Positions 39,186 through 49,060 of a stretch of DNA of 64,000 nt are shown here, piece by piece. The stretch's first letter is position 1; each line of letters begins with the position of its first letter. A model generated the notes under the pieces. The model had not been told where the DNA came from. It made no database searches and saw only the letters and a list, made by a program, of their open reading frames with translations. The DNA lies in contig NW_027271524.1 in assembly GCF_040938485.1 (NCBI RefSeq), forward strand, positions 992,001 through 1,056,000, given 5' to 3'. The translations under genes were made by a program, and so were the position numbers. The stretch comes from Diadema antillarum. Lineage: Eukaryota.

Positions 39186-39853
39186 ATATTGTGAAAAATG
39201 ACAGCAGTAAACACACAATATACACAAATTACTAAAATATGGGAAAAAGGGACTGACATTTTTTTTTTCATTTCATTCATCAAATTCAAATACCCAACAT
39301 ATTCGTAAATAATCAACAAAATATCTGCTACTACATCAGTCTTCAACAATTGTCCTATGTCAAATTAAGTGAAATTTTGAATTCATATTTTAAACTGGTC
39401 ATTCTCCTAAACTTGATTCAGGCTCTATAGACACTGAACATCTTTGATAAAAATGATACTCCTCTTTTTTTTTTTTCTTCTTTTTTTTTCTTTTTTTTTT
39501 TTTTGGGGGGGGCTCTTTTCTATACATCAAATACTTTTTTAAGAGTACATAATAAGTTTATATGATTAATGCAATCAATTAATGTAAAGTGGATATTTTA
39601 TTAACCAACTATTGTATTCACATTATACAAGAAACCTATTGAGGCAGAAAATATTTTTTATTCATATGCATTCTATTTAAGTGAATTTCGGTTTTCTAAC
39701 TGACACATCTACTATTTTACATTATTCATAATTACATGAAGCAAGCATACATACTATAGCATTTGTACTACCATCCTATTATTTCCCCCTAAGTTTAACT
39801 TCAGTTTTAGCCCTGCTGGTTCATTTTCTCTTCAACTGCATAAATGTCCTTAA

Positions 39854-40613
39854 AGGAGAATTTTACCCTGAAAATTAGTTAATGTGAATAGAAGCAGAAA
39901 ATTACAGGAATGTACAAGATACTGTAACAGTGACATTTTTAGCAGATTCTAATAAAAACTCAGAAAGCTATTTTTTTATTTTTTTTTTACTTCAAGTTGC
40001 AGGGGCGGATCCTGGAATTCTGTAAAGGGGGGGGGGGGCGCAACTAATATTTCTGGTGCCACTTCCGGGTTTAATCTCATTTTTTTCCTTTTATTTCTTT
40101 TGTTTTTAACAAAAAAATAAAGGGGGGGGGCGTGCGCCCGGTTGCGCTCCCCTCTGGATCCGCCACTGAGTTGTGATCAATCAAACACAAATTGGCAACT
40201 TGGTGATGCAGCATATGCAAACTCACCTTAAAACTGTACTGTGCAATGACATTCCATAAAATCTTGTTTTCTTCATTGATGATGACAAATATATTTTTTT
40301 GCAAACACAGCTTGATGTAGAAAATTATCTATAATATCTGTTTTACGGGTGCAGATACATGCATGACTGGAATTTTACTTGATGGGAAAATGAAAATTTC
40401 TTAAGCTAAAGTACAGAGCAAAATGGGAGACATATACACGAGTTTGTGTATGACATCACAGAATTGCCAATTTGTGTTTGATTGATCACTTCAAAAAAAT
40501 CATAACTCTCTTTCGTTTTGATCAGAATTTGCTTAAATTTTCACCATCCCCCTCTTCTAAATTTTCCGCTTCTATTCACACTAAACTAATCTTTTATTAG
40601 GTGGATTTCCCCT
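39854..40613. mobile_element. Kolobok-like foldback element, family C, carrying a nested insertion
   Basis: TTAA|AGGAGAATTTTACC...GGTGGATTTCCCCT|TTAA; inverted internal arms (GATCAATCAAACACAAATTGGCAA and its reverse complement). Confidence 0.75.
40000..40168. mobile_element. hAT-like MITE with a 5-bp target duplication
   Basis: TIR CAGGGGCGGATCC / GGATCCGCCACTG; AGTTG at 39995-39999 and 40169-40173. Confidence 0.8.
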
Positions 40614-40910
40614 TTAACTCTCAGTCCCATGAGTAACACATAAATTTACATACAATGTCAATACAATTTTAGGATGTTGATCTTGGGGCAACAGGGGAGC
40701 TGGTCGATTGGCCAAGGGTACAGAAGACAAAGACACACAAAATAAAAACTTACGGCCCATGTATTCTGAAATACCACTCACCCAGTTATAGTGAAAGACA
40801 ATATTTTTCTATTTATGGGAAAAGATTATTTTATTTCTCACCCTTTGATGAAAGAGCAGTTTCCTCTCCTTTCATAGGATATTGCCAAGACACATGTTTG
40901 AATTTCTATA

Positions 40911-41341
40911 AGGCTGCATTTATCACTCTTTCCCATGTTTGAAACACTTTTCAATACCCACTATCAAAATGCATTTGCAAAGGCCTTTCTGATTGCGTTT
41001 TTTGAGTTGTTGCGTTTATCATCTCTCTATCACAAGTCGAAAGGAAGGCCTTTTCAGAGCGCAGCTCATATTGCGCTGCTTGACCTGAGGAGCAGAGATC
41101 ACATAGTTGGAGTAGGTAGGTTTGAGCTATAAACACATTTCCTAATGACTTTGCTTTTATCATCTATACAGAAATGCGTTTCTGGCTTGAAAGTGTTTGA
41201 GATTGCACTGTTTTCAGCATTTCAGGAAGTGTTTCTAACCCCATAATCAAAACAGCTTTGCGTTTATCATCTGCCAAATCTCTTTGAAAGTCGTTTAGAA
41301 ACCTTAATTCTACACCAAAAGTGCATTGATAAACACACAAT
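40911..41341. mobile_element. Degenerate Harbinger-like MITE
   Basis: Starts AGGCTGCATTTATCA, ends TGATAAACACACAAT; internal GCGTTTATCATCT repeats. Confidence 0.45.
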
Positions 41342-41708
41342 AAATAATGAATTTGAATTGCAATGATTTTGAAATGTTTTTCACTTTACTTAATTTACAT
41401 AAATTTTCATCATGTCATCTTCGTAAAGATTGGTGTTTTCTTTATTATTTTTGTTCTTTGAATAGATGAATGATAAAAACAAAATCATTGTCTTCCTGCT
41501 CGTATGTCGCCCTCTGACAGATATAGAGTGCACTGATATTGCATTATTTGTATCTAGAATCTCATTAAACTCACAGAGAACAGTCACGAAAGATTTATTC
41601 CACACTTTTGATTGTTCCCTTTAACTCAGCCACCTCGATAGTGAAGTCTCTTCAGCACTTGATCTACGCACGCACACATAGTGGTTTACCCTGGCACAGA
41701 GCCGACAT

Positions 41709-41775
41709 TGGGCCAGGCACTGAACCAGTGCTTCTGGCTCTAGAGTGAGCTGCTCTCTACCCAAGCAGCCATGTC
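41709..41775 (-). mobile_element. Degenerate tRNA-derived SINE head
   Basis: Minus strand reads TGGCTGCTTGGGTAGAG (A-box-like) ... GGTTCAGTGCC (B-box-like) at tRNA-like spacing. Confidence 0.3.
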
Positions 41776-42266
41776 AGTCTCACGTTTTCAAACTGGCATT
41801 TGGCCCCGCTTCATGTATCAGATTCAAACTGCCTCATGTGACGGCATCAAGTCAAAACAGTTGTGAAAGTAGGCCTTCTATCTAAAAAAGCCAAGTGAAG
41901 CAAGGGGTGGACATCATCTGGGTTTTTGTTTTGTTTTGTTTTTTGTTGTGGATTGTGCACAACAATGAAAGAGTGGACTACATGCTAACAGGCTTCCCAG
42001 TCCATCACAAACAGATTTGTACAGGATGTACATGTACATGCACTGATATACACATTTACTGTACATACAAAACACACACAAAAAAAGATGAATTCCACAT
42101 ATAAACTCCTTATTTGTAGTTTGAGTCACTATAGTTTTAGTCGCTGCACTGAAGTGAAACAAACAAACAAGCAAACAAGCAAACAAAACAAACACAAAAC
42201 AGAAAGAAAAATGCCCCGCACCATGTAGTCATTGCATAGTCCTCTGAATGTTAACCATACATTTAA

Positions 42267-42628
42267 AGGGATGGTATAGTTCTGGTTGAGATGGGCATTA
42301 AGACTTTAATACTTTAACATATGAAATATTAAAGGGCATACAATTCTAAGAGGAACTAAAACTTTATTTGATGAAAATCAGTTTTGAAAAGGCTGAGATA
42401 TCCACATTTGTGAACAAAGAGGTCCTACTAAAGGGTGGGATTCATCTTTTATTAGGACTACTTTGTTTTGCTCTGTTTGTGGATACCTCAGCCATTTCAA
42501 AACTGATTTTCTTCAAATTAACTTTTGATTCCTATCAGAAGGTTTCATATACTTAGTAAGTGGTTTCTAATTATCTCACACAAAAGTTAAAACCTGAATC
42601 CCTGTCTCAACCAAAACTATACCACCCC
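42267..42628. mobile_element. Kolobok-like MITE, family A (copy 5)
   Basis: TTAA flanks, family TIRs and body. Confidence 0.8.
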
Positions 42629-42900
42629 TTAAAAGACCAAAGGATATCATTATGGGGAAGGTACAGTTCTGTGCATAATATCTTGCCTTTGAGTGATAAC
42701 GTCTTTGTCCATGAAATACATGTATGAAATGCTAAATTGCCTGAGGTACAGCATCTGAGTCATGTAACAGTTGGTAAGTCAGTTCTTTATCCTGCAGAAA
42801 ATGAGATAGCTCTCAAGATCACTTCAAAAACAAGCACTGACCACATATTCAATAATGTGACATAACGCTGTGGTTATGATATCATGTGGAAAGGACCGAT

Positions 42901-42960
42901 TTCAATATTATCCAGCAAGCTTTTTCCCCTTTCAGCACATTCTGGGATGCAATCATTTCA
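42901..42960 (+). repeat. Left arm of an isolated 60-bp inverted repeat (partner 45875-45934)
   Basis: 58/60 identity to the reverse complement of 45875-45934, with abrupt boundaries. Confidence 0.95.
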
Positions 42961-43071
42961 TAGAGGGCGCTACACGGCAGGCGGTCACAAGAGTCTGCAT
43001 GACGCCATCTCACATACAAGCCCGCTGGCTAACATCGATCGCCGCTTCAGCGAATCAGCCTCGCACGAACA
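42936..43071 (+). CDS. Candidate 136-nt internal exon (AHSGMQSFHRGRYTAGGHKSLHDAISHTSPLANIDRRFSESASHE), unrecognised product
   Basis: CTTTTTCCCCTTTCAG acceptor, GTATGA donor at 43072, GC/CpG-rich; a second frame (HILGCNHF...) is also open. Confidence 0.35.
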
Positions 43072-43600
43072 GTATGACTCAACTCTCTGTATGCATGGGT
43101 ATATCACACTGGCATATACATTGCACAGACATACGCACACACACATACACACACAGACACACACACGTACGCACGCACACAGCGCAGCCTCTCGCAGTCT
43201 CTCCCTGGCGACGCACGATGCCTGCCCAGCCAGGCTTGACGTCGCTCATCTTGATGTCTTTCTCGCCTTGCGCTCCCCGGCATCAGCCAGATGGCTAGGT
43301 AGTTGAAGGCGATGCTGAAATGAGCCTACCACAGTCGTTTCTTTGTTCGATACCTGCAGCAGCGGGAGTATGGCAGAGTCGTCTGAGCGGCAGCGGGGGG
43401 AGACTTACCCCGTGTCGCCATCGAACAGGTTATTATACACGCAGGGATGATATGTATACGGAGCGCTCTCTCTCTCTCTCTCCTTCTTCCTCTTCCCATC
43501 TCCTTCACTCTAGCATTTACGTAGCCATGCTTCGCTGCACAGCTGGGATTATGTTCACCGAGACAGGGTTTGCACATGGCATCACATATATCATACCAGA
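42960..43600. promoter_or_regulatory. CpG-rich, transposon-free island
   Basis: Visibly high GC and CpG relative to flanks; contains a (CT)n tract and a minus-strand ATG...GGG|GTAAGT. Confidence 0.4.
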
Positions 43601-43697
43601 GTCATTATGAATTGACCAAAATGTTAATATCCACACAAAGAATTGATGCTATAAAACCAGTCACAAAATTCTCCATTTAATAGGATGTTCCCTTAAA

Positions 43698-43782
43698 CCC
43701 ACAGAGGACGAGTCCTGAGTAAACTCGGGTAAGTTTCTATGAGAAATGTGTGTTGTAGCAACATCAGTTCATCCTCAATGGG
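43698..43782 (+). mobile_element. 85-bp piggyBac-like MITE
   Basis: Family homology; right flank TTAA, left flank TAAA. Confidence 0.8.
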
Positions 43783-44119
43783 TTAAAATGACATCAACGA
43801 TCCCACATCAACTGAGACAATGAAATCCATTGGCTGGAATATGAATTGACTTCTTGTCTATTATTCCTTCAAGGATTAACTTGTGTTTGGATGACAATCC
43901 TGCACAGTTCTCTCGTAATTACAGTGAACATGATTACAATCGCATCTATCTCTCTTATAAAAGTTAAGCTATGATAAGCAAGAAATTACTAGGATAACTA
44001 AAAACACACAATAAATACAAAAAAGTTTCGATGAAATTCCATCATACACACATGAAACATCAAAAGTTACAGACAACTAGACTTTTACATTCCAAGTCCA
44101 TCACAAAATGCAGTCCACA

Positions 44120-44470
44120 GGCCACAAACAAGACACCAAGAGAAATATAACCTTTGACCTTAAAGGCTAAACACTGAGGGCAGCATCAAAATGATGCTGC
44201 CCTTTTAGTGATGTTACCATCTTCACAAAATTTGAACAAAATTCATCCAGAAATATGACTAGCAGAATGCACACAAGCAGACCCTAAGAAATTGACCTTT
44301 TCGTGTGTAAAGACTGAATGAGCCAGGGCACTACACCAAATTCGTAGGTGGCTAGATTCTTTAAACTACACCTCCACAGCAAATTTGGATAAAATCCTTC
44401 AAGAAATGTGGCAAGTATTGCACACACAAACTTTGGTGCGTGGGCAGTGCTCAGCATATTAACACTGCTA
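44120..44470 (+). mobile_element. Modular repeat with ~150-bp degenerate tandem units and hairpins (pearl/Tsp/HINE-like architecture)
   Basis: Two related units (CACAAAATTTGAACAAAATTC...GCACACAA and CACAGCAAATTTGGATAAAATCC...GCACACACAA), a 12-bp hairpin at 44177-44203, a terminal GCAGTG...CACTGC stem; similar TGACCTT-rich fragments near 5800-6070, 45230-45420 and 61840-62600. Confidence 0.4.
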
Positions 44471-44558
44471 TATAAAATCTAAAATATCCTCTGGTCCTAT
44501 GGGGGGGGGGGAGGGAATAAGATGAACATATCACTGCCTTTAATGCGTGTAATGCTTG

Positions 44559-44590
<32 letters not shown>

Positions 44591-44660
44591 AAGACTATTC
44601 AAACTGCCAGTGAAAAATCACATTATTGGAAAAAAAAATTCCTGTGGCAATACAGTAAAA

Positions 44661-44673
44661 GTTGCTAGGCAAC
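44661..44673. promoter_or_regulatory. RFX X-box (GTTGCTAGGCAAC)
   Basis: Canonical 13-bp RFX site (reverse complement GTTGCCTAGCAAC). Confidence 0.55.
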
Positions 44674-44781
44674 AGTGCCAATAGCCATTCGATTGCAGAA
44701 AAACTGCAGACCAGCTGTGATTTTTTTTCTTAACTTTGTGTAAAGAGTGCTCCAATGATTTGCAGTGAGACCGTTCATTCC

Positions 44782-44825
<44 letters not shown>

Positions 44826-45874
44826 ACACAAACACAAATCACTTTTAATACAGTATATCATCTATGAAATATGTAGCTAGCCAGCCAGGCTTTTTGTTAA
44901 ATCATAGTCATAGTTGCAGGCAGCAAGTTCTCAAGCCAACTGTGCGTGTGCACTGCAGAACAAAAAACCTGCAATTCCGCTCTAGCGCCCAGTGCCATTT
45001 TCAAGAACAATGGCTGATTAAGGATTGTTTTTTTTCCATTGAAGTATTAGTGGACAGGTAAAATATCATAATTTTCATTATGTGGAAATAATTTCCTATG
45101 AAAATAGGCTAAAGCATTTCTTTTTTCTCCATCGAGATTTTCTTTGGCAAGGATATGAAAACTTTTCCATTTTCTCACATTTCCTGTATATTCAGGCTAA
45201 CATGATCTCTTGTAATTCCAGTGAAATATACACCATTCCAAAACTACATAAATTTAAGTTTTCCCCGTGCTGAAAGTTAACACTGATGATGATATCAGCT
45301 ACTCTCCTGGCATGTGGTATACTTATCTGGTCAGGATTCAAGCCAAACATGTACCGGGTATGCAAGATTTGGTAAAGATCATTTTATTTGAACAACTTAT
45401 ATTTTGGAAAGTTTCTGTTTTTCTTCAAAAGTATGCATTGCCATGAAAACTAAGTTTAATATGGGAATATTTTTCCTGCAAAATATGGTAGTTAATGGGT
45501 GTCCCTATAAATGGAAGCATTGATTTGAATCAATTCTTCTTTTTTTTTCTGTTGACACGATGAAGTATTAGACCTCAATACGTCACCACCTGTTTTTGCT
45601 AGTTTGTTGGAATAAAATCTAATTTCATAGCAAAGACAAAGATGCATAACAACTGAGTAGTCAATGCCTGGACTAAGCAAATAGAAGAATATTTGTATAA
45701 ATATAAATCAAAAGCAGGGCAAACAGCATGCATGGCCCAAAAGGGCTGCCTGAAAGGGAATTCACCCCAAACAATATGCAGAGCCAATTAATGCCAAAAT
45801 GTTAAAACACATCAGAAAAGTTTGACAAATCAGATAATGACCATTCTGAAGTAATTAATTTTAAACATTTGCGG

Positions 45875-45934
45875 TGAAATGATTGCATCCCAGAATGTTC
45901 TGAAAGGGGAAAAGGCTTGCTGGATAATATTGAA
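45875..45934 (-). repeat. Right arm of the 60-bp inverted repeat
   Basis: TGAAATGATTGCATCCCAGAATGTTCTGAAAGGGGAAAAGGCTTGCTGGATAATATTGAA is the reverse complement of 42901-42960 with 2 differences. Confidence 0.95.
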
Positions 45935-46299
45935 GTCACAACAGTGCAATTATATTAAAAAAATAAAAGGAGAATTCCAAATATCTTCATTTTTCTCGCA
46001 CAATGATGAAAAATCTTTTGACTAACTTGATTCATAAGGAAGGGAGAATACAACTACCCTTGGCATATGTCTCTAACAACCTTTAGAAGAGATCATAAAC
46101 TTTTTCACACCAAACGAACCACCCTTGTTTGCTTTTAAAAACTTCACTGAGGCTTTCAACCATTTCAGCTCTGAACATGAAAATAAGAATGGACATAGTA
46201 CGCAAACCATGGCTATGAAAGGTCCACATCTGATGATATACTACAAATTTTTTTTTAATGTATATAAAAAGGCATTTAGTATAACTGATGACTGAAACA

Positions 46300-46570
46300 T
46301 AAAGATGATAGCACTGATGCTAATCACAATCATGAAAATACTTGTCACTGTCATCACTGCAATGACTATTATAATTAGTAAAACTGCTATATGTATGCCC
46401 ATTACTTATTACTACACAGACGTGGTTATCATTGCTATTGTTATTACAGTCATCATCATAATCATTGTAATATTGTTAACATTATCACCATCATCATCAT
46501 CATCATCACTATTGTCATTATTATCATCTTGATTATCACCATTATAACTGTGATCACTGCAGCTGTTATT
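46300..46570. repeat. Degenerate (ATC/ATT)n low-complexity tract
   Basis: Direct reading; source of poly-Ile/poly-Ser ORFs. Confidence 0.85.
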
Positions 46571-46842
46571 GTCATATAGACCTGCTCAGTTATTCAGGGC
46601 ACTTTCTATGTTAATGTCTATTTTAGCCGTAATTTGGAGGGGGGAGGGCAGGCTTCAGTATGCCTATCAATAGTTGACTTATGCGCTGATATAGCAATGC
46701 ATCTGACTCATTACATAATCGACTGAATCACATTTTGTTCTTATACGTATTTTGATATAATGAATATAAAATGATATTTTGTCCCCAGTTATGGCCAACA
46801 TAAGTTACAGTGCTTTAAAAGCAAATAGGTCTATGACAATAA

Positions 46843-47388
46843 AGGGCTTTTTACACTTGTGTTTCTTAACCCCGGACTTTCTCTGACCCAGGACTATCGT
46901 TAGTCCCGTACCAATTTTTTCAGCTTTTTACACTCGCCAATTAGTCCCGTACTATCTCTTGTCCGGGGCTAAGGAGAAAACTAACCTTTTTACACTCATA
47001 TTTCTTAGCCCCGGACTTTCCAAACCACATGAATATTCATAATTACGCTGTGTACTGTATGCGTACACGCACGCACCGGCAGCACTTGATAACCTCGTTT
47101 CTGATTGGTCAGTGAGGGTCGCACTTCGTCTCCGTCGCTTAGCCCAGGATTATTTTTTCGTTCTGTTTACACTCACTTGCTTGGCACCGCAATTGCGGTG
47201 CTAACCCCTGCTATTTTGCAGGGCCAGATAGTACCGTACTATCGGTGGGGCTAGCCCACTTTGGCAAAAACGAGTGTAAACAGAAAGTGGGCTAAGGATA
47301 GTCCCGTACCAACGGTGGGGCTAAGGCCCCCCCTTAGCCCCACCGTTGGTCCGGGGCTAAGCAAAAATTTACAAGTGTAAAAAGCCCT
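46843..47388. mobile_element. PIF/Harbinger MITE, 546 bp, intact
   Basis: Perfect 18-bp TIR AGGGCTTTTTACACTTGT; TAA duplicated on both sides; internal TTACACT and TAGCCCC/GGGGCTA reiterations. Confidence 0.9.
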
Positions 47389-47440
47389 TAAGAGACCATG
47401 GTCTTCCCGGCCAGTCTGCATATGTGCCATTACTTGTATA

Positions 47441-47646
47441 CTGTATAAGCTGTTATTTTCGCGAATTTCGCGAATCTCAATTGGACCGCGAATTTAACAA
47501 CACGCGAAAATGTTACCATACGCTAAGGTAGTAGCGCACTTTAATGTAGGCCTCTGTGTCAATTCGCGAAAGCAACATCTTGCGAAAATGTCCGTGACCT
47601 CCTCATTTGCGAAAATATCTGTACGCGGAAATAACGGCGTATACAG
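47441..47646. mobile_element. TA-flanked 206-bp MITE with TTCGCGAA repeats
   Basis: TA|CTGTATA...TATACAG|TA. Confidence 0.8.
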
Positions 47647-48939
47647 TAACAAGCCTCGTGAATATTGATTCCTCGATTTAACTCACAGAGATGACACGAT
47701 CACCACACCATCTACACATGTACAGTCCTAACAAGGTAGGCAAGATTGCAGGAAGGTGGCCTTTGCGAGAATTCCCTGCCAAGATGGCCGACTCGCTCCC
47801 AAGGCTCAGATGTGCTAATAGGAGGACTTGCTACCTTTTGCACACACTATCTGTGCCTTCTTCCCATCCTCAAACTTTACCGCTTCTTTCTTTCTTTTTA
47901 CTTTCTGTCTTTAATATTCTTCTTCTTTTTTCCCATCTCTTTTTTGGCAGTTACTGGCTGACATGGCTTATCTCTGCAGTCTCCAGTTCTGCTCAGTTCC
48001 TGCTTACAATTAACCCCTGGCTCTCTTCTGCATTCCCTTGGCAGCTCTGGGAGGAAAGACTCGCTCTCCTCCTCTGGTACAGTGAAGCTGTGTTCATGCT
48101 CCATTTTTTTCTCCCCAGAATCATGGTTTTCAAACACATTTAGTTTAAAACACAGTTGCATTGTTGCAATCTCTTTTTTTTTTGTCTGTTGCAAGAGTAC
48201 ACACATATCAAAACGGCAACATGAAATGCTGAAATACGTGTATGTGCATTCTCCATCAATTTTTTATTATTTTTTTTTGCCAGAATCAGCTTTGCCAAAA
48301 TTGCATGAATGCAACGAAGTTTTCAATCAAGATTCTATGATGCCACTTTCTGTCCGGATTCAGAGTTGGTGAAAAAACAACAACAACAACAACAACAACA
48401 ACAAAATTGAGAAAGTGCACGCTGAAGTTGACCTATACTTCCTGGGTCAAACTGCGCAGTATGCTGTGCAATGGCAGACCTTGAGTTGAGGTAGAATCAG
48501 CATCAATGAAAAGTTGAATTAATGCTACATGTATCTCACAGTAAATGAGTTTCATGTCCGCATTTTGAATCATGATTCATGTTTGCATTTCTGGCTTCAA
48601 AAATTACATGAACGCAGCCTAATTACAGCAGGAACACACTGAAAAGATGGTTGGGGAGGGGGTGATGAACTCTTTGAAAACCATGGCGAGTCATCACTTT
48701 TAAAGCCATTAAGTAGTGCTAGAAGTTCAAAAGGGCTATAAAGCTACTTGGGCAGGTGAACAAGAATGATGAAATTGTCAATAGCAGGGTGCAAGAAAGG
48801 CGCTTGCCCATTTGCCAAAGGCAAATCAAAGTTAGACAAGTGTTTTGGAACAATGGGGGAAAATTTGGACAAGTTAGAGGTTTAGCAGTCATCTTTTTTT
48901 TCCCACTTTCCCCTCCCTCTTTAACTCTTTATGTGCCAC

Positions 48940-49060
48940 GTTCGCACGTCCCACTCAGTCGACGGCGTGCCAACTTTGCATATTCTGCTCAACAAACAAA
49001 GCCGCCAAAACCGATCGATAAATCGCTAATCACTGCTAATCCCGCGGCACAATGAAAGCG
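48940..49060. promoter_or_regulatory. Candidate enhancer: dense POU/Sox/Onecut/K50-homeodomain-like motifs
   Basis: TTTGCAT 48975, AACAAAG 48995, ATCGATA 49014, TAATCA 49027, TAATCC 49037, CACAATG 49048 in a CpG-rich non-repeat segment. Confidence 0.35.

Noticed and set aside
42957-42971. CTCF-like motif (TTCATAGAGGGCGCT), and a similar one near 19985
   Set aside because: The conserved 5' CCA(C/G) part is missing; about 11/15 match.
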